Shown here piece by piece: positions 25,301 through 38,119 of a stretch of 52,196 nucleotides of DNA; within the stretch, counting starts at the first letter, position 1, and every line of letters begins with the position of its first letter. The DNA is taken from contig NC_057719.1 in the NCBI RefSeq assembly GCF_004010195.1, positions 8,638,191 through 8,690,386 of the forward strand. The letters run 5' to 3'. The DNA is from Chiloscyllium plagiosum (Eukaryota). The position numbers were made by a program, and so were the translations under genes. The notes under the pieces are model-generated. The model was not told where the DNA came from and made no database searches. It worked only from the letters and a program-made list of their open reading frames with translations.

Positions 25301-25884
25301 GCTATCACTGCGATACTAACAGATAATTACAGACACTCCTTCTTCTTTAGCCTTGATAGCAACAATACCTACATGTTGTCACCAATTATATACTGTGAGC
25401 AGTAATTGCACAGACTCAGTGCTGCAGCTGACCTTTCCTGTAGCTGTTTCTTCGATGCTCAGATCCTTCAGTGAGACAGTGGACGTATTATTAAGTATCA
25501 TTTTCTCTCAATGTGTTTCTTTGTCTGCCTTCGGCAATTGGCAGGCTGTAATTTGCCGAGGTGCAGTAAGAGTTGACCATTAAAGCTCAATTGTCATGTG
25601 GCCTTTCCAATCACACAATCTCAAATTCAGCTTCTTTAGCCTCCCATCAATACATCAACAGTGGAACAAGAGGAAGCCCATTCAGATTCATGAGTCCATT
25701 CCACAATTCAATGAAATCACGGACAATCTGTATTTTCACTCCATTCACTCACCTTGGGGAGGGAAATGGAGTGACAGTACCCTTTATATTGCAAGAGTTA
25801 GCAAAACCGTATCAATGCCAGGCTCTAAAGTTGGTCTGGCATCTCCACCCAGTCTATCAATTCCTGTCAATATCCTGAAAACTA

Positions 25885-26362
25885 GGCAAAAGTGAGGACT
25901 GCAGATGCTGGAGGTCAGAGCCAAGACTAGAGTGGTGCTGGAAAAGCACAGCAGGTCAGGAAGCATCCGAGGAACAGGAAAACCAGCATATCATTCGCGA
26001 TTTTCCTGCTCCTCGGATGCTGCCTGACCTGCCGTGCTTTTCCAGCACCACACTCTAATCTTATCTAAAATCCTGGCAACGTCAGTCAAACCACTGCTTT
26101 GTCTTCAATACCCCACATAACACAGGTCTTGTTTATGTCATCCCTCGTCAAGCTAACTCATGGAAATACCATAACACTCTGATGCACAAACACGGCATTT
26201 TGCTCAAGGCTGATGTTAAACATTAGTGTCTAGAGTCGCTGCAGGGCTTTTGCCTGAAATGTCGATTTTCCTGCTCCTCGGATGCTGTCTGACCTGCTGT
26301 GCTTTTCCAGCACTACTCTAATCTAGAATCTGATTTCCAGTGTCTGCAGTCCTCACTTTTGC
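25885..26362. mobile_element. Two further family-A Penelope-like elements (approx. 25885-26062 and 26226-26362)
   Basis: Same consensus; the second is flanked by ctgatgtta(a/g)acatta at 26210-26225 and 26363-26378. Confidence 0.7.
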
Positions 26363-26458
26363 CTGATGTTAGACATTACTGAGAATGGGCAGGGACTTAA
26401 AGGGCAGGTTATCTCGCTGCAATTATGTAGGGGTTTGCTGAGAAAACATTTACTGCAG

Positions 26459-26765
26459 AGGGCGGCACGGTGGCACAGTGGTTAGCACTGCTGCCTCACA
26501 GCGCCGGAGACCCGGGTTCAATTCCCGCCTCAGGCGACTGACTGTGTGGAGTTTGCACATTCTCCCCGTGTCTGCGTGGGTTTCCCCCGGGTGCTCCGGT
26601 TTCCTCCCACAATCCAAAGATGTGCAGGTCAGGTGAATTGGCCATGCTAAATTGCCCGCAGTGTTAGGTAAGGGGTAAACGTAGGGCTATGGGTGGGTTG
26701 CGCTTCGGCGGGTCGGTGTGGACTTGTTGGGCCAAAGGGCCTGTTTCCACACTGTAATGTAATCT
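26459..26765 (+). mobile_element. HE1/V-SINE (young, full length, CpG-rich)
   Basis: gggcggcacggtggcacagtggttagc (A box), gggttcaattccc (B box), V-domain, LINE-like tail. Confidence 0.93.
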
Positions 26766-27129
26766 AAAAAGTACACTAGAACGAGGGGGCACAGCCTCAA
26801 AATAAGGAGGAGCAGATTTCGGACTGAGCTGAGGGGGAGCTTCTTCCCCTAAAAGGATTGTGAATCTGTGGAATTTCCTGCCCAGTGAAGCAGTTGAGGC
26901 TACCTTGTTGAATGTTTTTAAGGCACAGGTAGATAGATTTTTGAGCAGTAAAGGAATTAAAGGTAATGGTGAGAGGGTGTGTAAGTGGAACCGAGTCCGC
27001 GAAAAGATCTTATTGAATGGCGGAGCAGACTTGAAGGGCCAAATGACCTACTGCTGTTCCTAGCTCTTTTGTATTAGTTCACCTACTCAAGGAAGGATAT
27101 CCAAGCCTCAGTAAGGAGTTTGTACTAGC

Positions 27130-27795
27130 GATTGCCTCGATCCATTCCTGGGCATGAGGGGGTTGTCCTATGAGGAGGGGTGGATTTGATGGGAGCCTGC
27201 ATTCTCTGGAGTTGGAGGTCGCCTATTGAAGGAAAAGTCTGATCTGTCATGTTGCGGTTGTTGGTGAAGGTCACTTTTGGGGGAGCAGGTACGGTTCTGG
27301 TCTCCTCATTACAGGAAGGATGTTATTAAACTGGAAAAGGTGCAGGAAAGACTTACAAAGATGTCACCAGGGTTTCAGCTATAAGTTGAGGCTGGGACAA
27401 TTTTTCCTGGAGCATAGAAAGCTGAAGGGGTGTCCTTAAAGAGGTTTATAAAATCATGAGAGGCATAGATAAAGTGAATAGACAAAGTTGTTTTTGTTTC
27501 TCAGGGTGGGGGAGTCCAAAACTAAAGGACATCGTTTTAAGGTGAGAAGAGAAAGGTTTTCAACACACCTAAGGGATGTGTTTTTCACACAAAGGGTGGT
27601 GTGTATGTGGAATGAGCTGCCAGAGGCAGGTGCAGTTTCAACATTTAAAAGACATTTGTACAGGTACATGAATAGGAAAAGTTTAGAGGGAGATGGGCTA
27701 AATGCAGGTCAAATGGGACTAGTTCAGTTGAAGAGATGCTTCGGCATGGATGGATTGAGTTGATAGGTCTGTTTCCATGCTGTATGACTCTATAG
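27130..27795 (+). mobile_element. CR1 LINE 3' fragment(s)
   Basis: ESKTKGHRFKVRRERF..FFTQRVVCMWNELPE; tail tgctgtatgactctat. Confidence 0.88.
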
Positions 27796-28689
27796 TTTAA
27801 AATTTATGATGGCTGCACATACTGGACCACAATCTTGGATTGGAGAAACCCTCTCTCTGTCTCTGTGGGACCATGCGGGGAAACATCAAGTCTGGCCATC
27901 CCAAGCTGAGGGTTGGGGTCGGTACGGTTTCCTCATGGGAATCATTGTCACGTACAACCCCACAGCTCTCCTCTCCCTCATTATACGGCCATCTTGTGCT
28001 GGTCATCTTTAGACCTGGTGTCCAATTCTGCCTGGGAACCTCCATCGGCGCAGGATAGGGTACGATAATGACTCAACAGATTAGGATGTTGGCACTGTAT
28101 TGGCAAATTATGTGGCAGTGTGAGATCACCACCTAGCTCCTTTTACCCACCCCCAGTCGACAGATTGTCACCTCCTCCAGACCCTACTGTGTAGATTATA
28201 GCAATGCACTTATGCTGTACACTGCACAGGTTTCCTACTTCTGTGAAAAGAGATTCAGCCTGAGGTTCCTAATACATGTGGTTTATTATGCTCTGGGGAC
28301 CTATTCTGAATCTTATCCTTCACTTTTATTCCTGGCTCCTCATTTTAAATCCTTTGAATGACAGGAGTTCTGTTCAACTAATGTGAAAACAGGCTGCAGC
28401 TTATTACCTGCTTAAATCACAGCTATTAAATTGGTGAGTGTGTGTTTTGCATCTTATAGCTTGTTTCTGTTATTTATGGCAGAGCAGCAGTTTACTAATC
28501 GTTGGGAGTTCGGAAACACCTTCAGTTTGTCCTTCAATTGAAGGAAGAAAAATCCCCAGGCTTCTCTTCAAATCCCAGCCATCTCTGATGTGGAAGGCTG
28601 AAGGGGTTGAGCAACCTTGTGCTCCTCTCGCCTTGGCGTTACTGTCTCACACCAGGTTGTTCAGATCAACAAACCGACCCCGGTTCCTG

Positions 28690-29560
28690 CTAACCTCACA
28701 TCAGCCTCACATCAACACCTCTACTTCCTCAGGAGGCTAAGGACAATCGGAATGTCCACAAAGAGTCTCACCAATTTGTACAAGTGCACCACAGAAAGTA
28801 TCCCAACTGAATGCACGGTATGGCACTGCTCTGCCCAGGACCCAACAGAGAGCTGTGAACACAGCCCAATCCATCACACAAACCAACCTTCCAGCCACTG
28901 ACTCCATCTATCCTTTTCGCTCCCTCGGAAAGGCAGCTAACTTTATCAGAGACCCCTCCCACCCCGGTTATAATCTTTTCCAACCTCTTCCATCAGGCAG
29001 AAAACACAAAAGCTTAAACGTACGTACCAACAGGTTCAACAGTTCTCCCCCCACCATTGTGGGTGGACATCTCAAATTTTACATTTAGAATCTCTACCGT
29101 GTGAAAACAGGCCATTCGGCCCAACAGGTCCACACCAACCTTCCAAAGAGCTTCCCACCCAGACCTGTCCCCCTAACCTATCCCTGTAATCTTGCATTCC
29201 CCATGGCCAATCCACCTGATCTGCACATCTTTGGACTGTGGGAGGAAACCAGAGCACCCAGAGGAAACCCACACGGGGAGAATGTGCAAACTCCACACAG
29301 ACAGACACCCGGGGGTGGAATCAAACCCAGGTCCCTGGTGTTGTGTGGCAGTAGTGCTAACCACTGAGCCACCGTGTCACTCAACTCAATATTGATTTTG
29401 TTCTTTGTGCATCTTCTCTGTCGCTGTAACATTGTATTCCTTGCTCTGTTCTATTAAGCTACTGCAATTTGTATGGTATGATCTGTCTGGACTGCACGTA
29501 ATACAAAACTTTTCACTGTACCTAGGTACACGGGACACTAATAAATCAAATCAAATTAAA
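28690..29560 (+). mobile_element. Rex1/Babar-type LINE 3' fragment, interrupted by a minus-strand HE1 SINE (approx. 29087-29377)
   Basis: QHLYFLRRLRTIGMSTKSLTNLYKCTTESI and NTAQSITQ..DPSHPGYNLFQPLPSGR..RTNRF; tail aataaatcaaatcaaa. Confidence 0.8.
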
Positions 29561-30760
29561 GTCAGCCTCTCTCTCTGTATGTCAGAATTCACATGTCGTA
29601 TCTCAGAGCTGATTGTCCATCAACCTGAGTCTATCCAAAACACTGCTGCCTATGCATTCATCATCCCTTCCTTTCCTCACTGACCTGTGCTGGCTTCTCT
29701 TCCAGCGGCGCCTCAAATGTAAAGTTATTGAGTCTGTTTTCAAACGCCTTTGTTTACTTGCCTCTCCCTGTCTCCATGACCTCCGTTAGCCCTGAAGATC
29801 TTTGTGATTTCACCCCTCCTGATATTCTTGCTCAACCCTGGGTTTTTTTCATTCCATCATTGGTAGTTGCAAAATGGGGTCCAAATCTGCAGAATTCCTT
29901 TTCACCCACTCTTCATCCACTCTCCCTCTTTCAAATGTTGCTCAAAAACCTGACCCTCAGGCCAATATTTCAGTCTTATTATCTTCCAAGTGACTCAGCC
30001 AAATTTTATTTGAATGTTAATCCCTTGAAGTGCCTTGAGGCATTTGGCTGCGTTAAAGGCACTATATAAATGCAATTGTAGTGGAGGAGGTGTACTCTCC
30101 AGGTATGTATCAAAGTTCCCATGGCACCTATTGCAAAGAATGGGAATAGTCACTATCATTTAAAGGTAATCATTGATCTCACTACTCTCTATGGAAGGTT
30201 TTTGAGTGTAAATTCATAGATGTTGTTCCCAATTTTACAACAGTGACTGTTGTCCAAAATTAAACTGTGGTACAGTGCGAAAGGTTGCTTTGGAATCTTC
30301 TGAAGACTTGCAAAGTGCCAGCCAAATGCAAGCTTGATTTTAGCTCATTAGTGGTGACGGGCCTCAGGAAAGATACACGGATATTGGAGGCAGTCTGGAG
30401 AAAGCTCACCAGGCTGATCCCAGGTGTGGGGGCGGGGGAGGGGGGAGGAGGGCTGCCGTATGAAGAGAGGCTGAATAGGTTGGGCCTATACTCAATGGAA
30501 TTTAGAAGACTGAGAGGTGACCTTATTGAAACATACAGAAGGCTTAGGGGGTAGATGGGGGAAGGTTATTTCCTCTTGTGGAAAAGTCCAGGACCAGAGG
30601 GTGCAATCTCAGAATAAAGAGTTCCACATTTAAGATGGAGAATCATAGAGTCAGAGAGCTATACGGGATGGAAACAGACCCTTCGGTCCAACTCATCTAT
30701 GCTGACCAGATATCCTCAACTAATCTCGTCCCATTTGCCCTCAAAACTCTTTTAGTTGTA

Positions 30761-30979
30761 CAGTCAGTTCCGCTATAACGTGGCATTTCCATTCTCATGC
30801 AATCCCGTGTTATTAAAAAATCAAGTAATAGCAGCACCATTTAAACTAATGGGGCTAGAATCACGTTATAATCAATACGCGATTTGAAGTTTGGCGCTTT
30901 GGAAACAGTGTCCCCAGTTCATTGATTGTGTTGTAGCAAATTCACAATAATGAAATAAGTGTCATAGCAGAACGACCTG
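30761..30979. mobile_element. Tigger-like MITE inserted at a TA within a CR1 fragment
   Basis: ta|cagtcagttccgctataac ... gtcatagcagaacgacctg|ta; removing it restores the CR1 sequence gttgtaattgtacc. Confidence 0.7.
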
Positions 30980-31194
30980 TAATTGTACCAGCTTCCACCA
31001 CTTCCTCTGGCAGCTCATTCCAAATATACACCACCCTCTGTGTGAAAACATTGCCCCTCAGGTCCCTTTTAAATGTTTCCCTTCTCACATTAATTCTATG
31101 CCCCCGAGTTTTGGATTCCCCTAACCCTGGGGAAAAAGATCTTGGCTATTCACCCGATCCATGACCCTCATGATTTTATAAACTTCTATAATAG

Positions 31195-31915
31195 AAAATA
31201 GGTGCAGGAGTAGGCCATTCGGCCCTTCGAGCCAGCACCACCATTCATTATGATCATGGCTGATCATCCACAATCGATATCCTGTTCCTGCCTTATTCCC
31301 GCCTCAGGCGACTGACTGTGTGGAGTTTGCACGTTCTCCCCGTGTCTGCGTGGGTTTCCTCCCGGTGCTCCGGTTTCTTCCCACAGTCCAAAGATGTGCA
31401 GGTCAGATGAATTGGCCATGCTAAATTGCCCATAGTGTTAGGTAAGGGGTCAATGTAGGGGTATGGGTGGGTTACGCATTGGCGGGTCGGTGTGGACTCG
31501 TTGGGCCAAAGGGCCTGTTTCCACACTGTAATGTAATGTAATGTAAAACCCTTGATTCCACTTTTTTAAGAGCTCTATCCATCTCTTTCTTGAAAGTATC
31601 CAGAGACTTGGCCTCCACAGCCTTCTGGGGCAGAGCATTCCATACACCCACCACTCTCTGGGTGAAGACGTTTCTCCTCAACTCTGTTCTAAATGAACTA
31701 CCCCTTATTTTTAAGCTGTGTCCTCTGATTCAGGACTCACCCATCAGCAGAAACATGCTTCCTGCCTCCAGAGTGTCCAATTCTTTAATAATCTTATACG
31801 TCTCAATCAGATCCCCTGTCATCCTTCTAAACTCAAGTGTATACAAGCCCAGTCACTCCAATCTTTCAACATATGATCGTCCTCCCATTCCGGGAATTGA
31901 CCTCGTGAACCTATA
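31195..31915 (-). mobile_element. CR1-clade LINE 3' fragment carrying a 5'-truncated plus-strand HE1 SINE (approx. 31296-31545)
   Basis: MRRNVFTQRVVGVWNALPQKAVEAKSLDTFKKEMDRAL; SINE body with (tgtaa)n tail. Confidence 0.85.
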
Positions 31916-33346
31916 CAAGAACACCTAGATCTCGTTATACTGCCCCTTTACCTAACTTGACTCCATTTAGGTAGTAATCTGCCTTCCTGTTCAGATCACC
32001 CTTTAGCCCTTAGGTGAGGAAGTGTTTCTCCTCTTAGAAGGTAATAAATCTGTAGAATTCTTAACCATAGAAGGCTGTCAAAGCTGGGTCATTAAGTCTA
32101 TTCAAGGTTGAGATAGAGACATTTTTAATCAGTATGGGGAATCAAGGGTTATGGGGAAAAGGCAGGAAAATAGAGTTAAGACTTATCAGATCAGCCATGA
32201 TCTCAATGAATGGTGAAGTGAACTCAATGGGTCAAATGGCCTGCTTTTGCTTTGATGCCCTATGGTCTTATTGGTCACCAATGGTGGTGTGTATTACTGC
32301 CAATTGTCCATGTTTTCTTATACACAGGTATTCTCTCAAAGGAAGGTCAAGGATAATACTGAGGAGAGAGAACAACATCAGACCCTCAACTGTGATCACC
32401 TAGGATCTGGAGATCCTTGGAAATGTGACCCCAAACAATCTCCCGCCTCCAGGGATATCTGGACTGAAACCAACCAAGACCCCAGAGTATAGACTCAACT
32501 CGGACTCTCTTGTGCTGTGGGCTTTCCAACACCAGGCCGCATTGGGATGTGACTAAGCAATATTCTGGACCAAGTGCCCAGGTCCCTGTCACACGAAGCT
32601 CCTTACTCCCTCCATTGGCACACGTCTTACTGAAAGCCAAAAGTCAGAAGTCGCTTCACCTGATTGAAGGAGCAGTGCTCCAAAAGCCTGTGATTTCAAA
32701 TAAACCATGGCCGACGATAACCGGGCATCATGTGACTTCTGATTTTGTCCACCCCGTCCCAACACCGGCACCCTCACATGAAAGCAAAAAAGGAAATCAT
32801 AAAGGGGAGCTACAAAGATGTAGTTTGACAGAATGTCCAGAGAGCTGTGCGATGGATTGTAAACAGTCTCTGTTCAAAATTCAATTTTCACACTGTGTGG
32901 CTGGTGGGTAACCTTTTAGTACAAAAAAAATCAATAAGATGTGAAGGAATCAGATTAGGACAATTTATCCTTTCAATTGCATTGTCTTCTCTCTTCATTC
33001 AGTAAGGGAAAAAAAATTGTATTTACACGGACATGAGCAGATGTAATTACAATACCGTTACCTCATCGCCTGCCTGAAGTCTGCATAAAGAAGCATTGCC
33101 AACGCACTGATATCATCTTCCTTCTATTTTCTGACTCATGCTCAGAGAAGATGTTGACTCTCCCTGTAGCTAACGGCTTGAGGCTGCAGTCAGGATTACA
33201 GGAGTGAATCCTGGAAATGTCTGGTGGCCCTTTATTTAGTGAAGCCTAATCATACCATCACAGCCACTGTGAGTTGCCCTTGGTGGCATGGGTGCAGGAG
33301 AGCTTGGATGAAGGCAAGAAGACCCTTGCTTTATAGTCTTTTTTTT

Positions 33347-33655
33347 AGATTCCCTACAGTGTGGAAATAGGCCCTTCAGCTCAACCAGTCCACACTGACC
33401 CGCCAAAGAGTAACCCATCCAGACCCATTTCCCTCTGACTAATGCACCTAACACTGAGGGACAATTTAGCATGGCCAATTCAGCTGACCTGCAAATCTTT
33501 GGACTGTGGGAGGAAACTAGAGCACCCAGAGGAAACCCACACAGACACGGGGAGAATGTGCAAACTCCACACAGACAGTCGTCCGAGGCTGGAATCAAAC
33601 CTGGGACTCTGGTGCTGTGAGGCAGCAGTGCTAACCACTGAGCCACCGTGCCACC
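33347..33655 (-). mobile_element. HE1/V-SINE
   Basis: Reverse complement of the consensus seen at 5005 and 26459. Confidence 0.9.
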
Positions 33656-34509
33656 TCCATGGTCTTCATTCAGAAAGCCCAAGGTCAGAAGTCACACGTC
33701 ACCAGGTTCTAGTCTCTAGTCCAACAGGTTTAGTTGAAATCACAAGCTTTCTGAGTGCTGCCCCTTCCTCAGGTGAAGTGGAGTGAATGCAACGGGGCAA
33801 ACGGCCTACTTTTGATCCCACACCTTATGGTCTTACAGGTCACCGATGGTAGCATCTCTAATAGTCCATGATTTCTTACACAGAGGCACTTTCTCAAAGG
33901 AAGGTCAAGGCTGAGCAGAGAGAACAGCGTCTGACCCTAAGCTGAGATCACCTGAGTTCTGGACAGTCACATCATAGCCAGTCCAAATAAAATCAGAAGA
34001 ACATCAAAAGTAGTAAACCAAATTCATGAGGACTGGTGAGAATGTGGAACTCAGTACCACAAGGAGTGGCTGAGACAATATTAGAGAGAGTTAAGGGGAA
34101 GCTCAATAAATATTTTGGGGAGAGAGGGATTGCAGCATTGATGATTTAGGATGGGTGGAGGCTAGCGTAGAGTATACATCGTAGTAGAGACCTGCTGGAC
34201 TCAATGATCAGTTTCTGCACTGCATGTATTTTGTAACAAAGAGCTATACTTTCAGTTTCACAATGAGAATCGGTCTAGAAGTTTAGAAAATTTTATGAAT
34301 TAGAGACATTACACAGGGAGATGGACATAGCTGAGAAGAAGGAACTGAGACTGATGGTTACTGCTGGGGAAACTTTAATGTCACCAACACAGGATGCACA
34401 CTGGGATCCATATGAACATCCCGGTGGTGGGGTGGGGTTAACTGGAAACTGAGCTGAACTAGCCAGATAAATGCAGCAACTACAAGAACAGACCAGAGGC
34501 AATTAATTA

Positions 34510-35080
34510 TGTAGCAAATGACTCACCTCCTGACTCTCCAAAGTGTATCTACCATCTACAAGGCACAAGTCAGGAGTGTGATGGAATACTCCCCACTTGC
34601 CTGGATGGGTGTAGCTTCAGCAACACTCAGGAAGTTTGATACCATCCAGGGGAAAGCAACCCACTTGATTAGCACCACATTCACAAACATCCATTCCCTC
34701 CACCACCGATGCTCAGTAGCAGCAGTGTGTACTATCTACAAGGTGCACTGCAGAAAGTCACCAAAGATCCTTAGGCTGCACTTTGCAAACCCACGTTCAC
34801 CTAGAAGGACAAGGTGGGGCAGATACATGGGAACACCTCCACCTGCAAGCTCCCCTCCAAGCCACACACCAACTTGACTTGGAAATATGGCTCTGCCTTC
34901 CCTGTTCCTGGATCAACAGCCTGGAATTTCTTACCTATGGCATTGTGGGTCAGCTCACAGCACAAGGACTGCAGTGGTTCAAGAAGGCAGCACACCCCTA
35001 CCTTCTCAAGGGCAACTTGGGACGGGCAATAAATGCTGGTCAGCCAGTGACACCCATGTCCTCTGGATGAATTTAAAGAA
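34510..35080 (+). mobile_element. L2/CR1-superfamily LINE 3' fragment (distinct family)
   Basis: STIYKAQVRSVMEYSPLAWM..KFDTIQGKA..IHSLHHRCSVAA; related tails lie on the minus strand near 10050-10320 and 19370-19705. Confidence 0.75.
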
Positions 35081-35213
35081 AGGAGTCAATGGGATCCATT
35101 TTGGGATCCACATTGGATCAGAGGGATCCACATTAGTTTACCAAAAGACAAATGCTATATTTAAGAAATGCTGGATAGGCTGGGAAATATTTCACTGGGA
35201 TATTAGAAGTAGT

Positions 35214-35785
35214 TTATAAAATCATGAGGGGAATAGACAGGGTTAATGGTAGGTAACTTTTCGTCAGGATGGGGGGGATTTCAACACAAGGGGGGACATT
35301 TTTAAGTTGAGAGGAGAGAGATTTAAAAAAGACATGAGGGGCAAAGTTTTTACACATTAGTTGGTACGTGTATGGAATGAGCTGACAGAGGAAGTGGTGG
35401 AGGCTGGTACAATTGCAATATTTAAGAGGCATTTGGATGGGTATATGAATAGGAAGGGTTTGGAGGGATATGGGCCGGGTGCTGGCAGGTGGGACTAGAT
35501 TGGGTTGGGACATCTGGTCGGCATGGACGGGTTGGACCGAAGGGTCTGTTTCTGTGCTGTACATCTCTATGACTCTATGACTCTATGGTTGATGCGTGGA
35601 ATGAACTGCCTGGGATAGTGGTGGATGTGGGCACAGTTACAGCATTTCAAAGACATTTGGATAAATACATGAATAGGAAAGGTTTGGAGGGATATGGGCC
35701 AAGTGCAGTCAGGTGGGACTAGTTTAGTTTGGGATTATGTTTTGTATGGACTATTGTCTGTCTCTGTGCTGTATGTCTCTGTGAC
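35214..35785 (+). mobile_element. Two adjacent CR1 3' ends
   Basis: tataaaatcatgagggg..tggaatgagctg..tail tgctgtacatctctatgactctatgactct, followed by a second shorter tail. Confidence 0.85.
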
Positions 35786-36162
35786 TGCGAACCCTGTGAT
35801 AAAGGGATTCGGGTGTTCATGTACAAAAATCACAAAGCGAGTAGACAGATGCAAAAATTAATCAAAAAAGACTCATGAAGTGTTTGCTTTTATCACAGGT
35901 TGATTGTAATGCAAAAGTGAGAACATTATGCTTGACTGAAAGTACAAAAAGGAACATTTGCATTTATATAGCATCTTTGACAACCACCTCAAATAAAGCC
36001 AATAACGTATTTTTGAAGGAAACACAGCAGGAAACTTGTACACAGCAAACTCCCTCAAACAACAATGTGCTAAAGATCAAATAATGTGGGGCTTTTGTTT
36101 GCCATTGATGGATAAGTATTGGTCAGGACATAAGGGATTATTTAAAGCATCATGTGATATTT

Positions 36163-36473
36163 AGATTAGATTTAGATTAGATTAGATTAGATTAGATTAC
36201 AGAGTGGAAACAGGCCCTTCGGCCCAACAAGTCCACACCGACCCGCCGAAGCGAAACCCACCCATACCCCTACATTTACCCCTTACCTAACACTACGGGC
36301 AATTTAGCATGGCCAATTCACCTGACCTGCACATCTTTGTGACTGTGGGAGGAAACCGGAGCACCCGGAGGAAACCCACGCATACACGGGGAGAACGTGC
36401 AAACTCCACACAGTCAGTCGCCTGAGGCGGGAATTGAACAGCAGTGCTAACCACTGTGCCACCGTGCCGCCCA
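36163..36473 (-). mobile_element. HE1/V-SINE (young), inserted in an older possibly Deu-type SINE remnant (approx. 35955-36525)
   Basis: (agatt)n tail and near-consensus body; the flanks contain cacagcaaactccctcaaacaacaatgtg and atccacctgag...gtttaacgt. Confidence 0.85.
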
Positions 36474-36736
36474 CTAATTTATATCCACCTGAGCTGGCAG
36501 ATGGGTCCCAGTTTAACGTTTCGTCAACACGTTGTTAGGTATAGGTCTTGGGGTTAAAAGCATCAAAGGGTACGGGGAGAAAGTGAGAACAAGATACTGA
36601 ATTGGATGGTCAGCCATGATCATGTTGAATGGTGGAGCAGGCTCGAAGGGCTGATTGGCCTATTCCTGCTCCTAATTTCTATGTTTCATTGCAATACTAC
36701 CATCAGTGTGGATGTTCCTCAGTACTGGAATAATGT

Positions 36737-36939
36737 TCTGGATGCAGGTTTGCTCACTGAGCTGGAAGGTTCATGTTCAGATGTTTCGTCACCACACTAG
36801 GTAACATCTTCATCCGGAGGCCCACTGAAGATGTTACCTAGTATGGTGACGAAACGTCTGAACATGAACCTTCCAGCTCAGCAAGCAAACCTATATCCAG
36901 AACCTCAACCTGAGCTACAAATCTTCTCAAAACTTGCTA
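36737..36939. mobile_element. Fold-back Penelope-like element (family C) with hammerhead core and 13-bp flanking direct repeat
   Basis: Inverted arms of about 75 bp; actggaat(a/c)atgt at 36724-36736 and 36940-36952; CA-CUGAAGA-U-GUUACC-UAGUAU-GGUGAC-GAAA-CG-UC-UG at 36823-36860. Confidence 0.75.
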
Positions 36940-37310
36940 ACTGGAATCATGTGTCAATTTTGATTTCATGCTCAAACCTTGGGGTGGAACTGGAAACCAA
37001 AATCTTTTTACTCCGTTGTATCGACCCTTGGTCGGACCCTATGTGAACCACTTCCTTCTCTGTGGGCCACTGAACCTCAGCAATGACATCTTTATCTTGG
37101 AGAGGACACAGGGCAGATTTGATACAGAATTGTAACAGGGCTCACAGAAGGTCAGGTTGCGGGCTGATCATTAAAACAATAAAGGCATCAGTTAGGATGG
37201 ATGCAGAGATTTATTTTCTGATAAGGGAATTCAGAACAAATAGTTACAATCTTAAATTAGAGATAGCATTTAAGAATGAAATTGAAAAGCACCACTTTAT
37301 ACAAAGTAGT

Positions 37311-37547
37311 TGATAGATAAATAGATGGACAGATAGAGACAGATATAGATAGATAGATAAATAGATAGACAGATAGATAGATTGATTGATTGATAGAAAG
37401 ACAGATAAATAGATAGAAAGATAGATAGGTAGATAGATAGATAGACAGACAGATATAGATAGATAAATAAATAGATAGACAGATAGATAGATAGATAGAT
37501 AGATAGACAGACAAATAGATATAAGATAGATAAGTAAATAGATAGAC

Positions 37548-37586
<39 letters not shown>

Positions 37587-37636
37587 TAGACAGACAGACA
37601 GACAAACAGATAGACAGACAAATAGACAGATAGACA
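37311..37636. repeat. (GATA/GACA)n microsatellite
   Basis: Direct inspection. Confidence 0.97.
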
Positions 37637-38119
37637 ACAGGCTTGTTGAAAATTCATGGCAGCGACATTGCAACTATCATAAAATTTCCAAAAAAAATTG
37701 GTGTCATAGTATGGACAATCATTAAAATTTTTAAAAATGTCTCAGGTAGTAAAGGATTGCACAGTTATGAATATTTAAATTACAAACTTGCCAAATGCAA
37801 GTTTCCTTATTTCCAGGAACAGAAATGAAATGTGTTTAACACATTTTGTGTTCAAGTCCTTTTGTCAAATGTCATCTGGTTAAGATTATTGAATACTCAG
37901 TTGTTTGTATACTACTCAGGAGTTTTATAAAATAGGGGATTGGGTCATGTTGTAGTTGATTCTTATTTGTGGATGAAGTGATATAACACCTTGACTTCAT
38001 TTAGCCAGCACAAAGAATTATTCAAAGAATTGGTCCATCAATTGGTCCAACAATTCCCAATTCAGAAGAAACCTCCTGGTCCAGAGAGTGGTGTAAATAT
38101 GGTACTCATTAACACAAGG

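Noticed and set aside
26459..26535. tRNA-like A and B boxes
   Set aside because: This is the head of an HE1 SINE, not a tRNA gene; there is no cloverleaf and it continues into the V-domain.
33062..33080. Possible minus-strand microexon (ctttatgcag|acttcaggcaggcgatgag|gtaacg)
   Set aside because: The 8, 12 and 19 nt options give a frameshift or stop in the phase-1 context, with no neurexin homology; indistinguishable from chance without RNA data.
37244..37673. Three overlapping LSIY-repeat ORFs
   Set aside because: Translations of a (GATA)n microsatellite.
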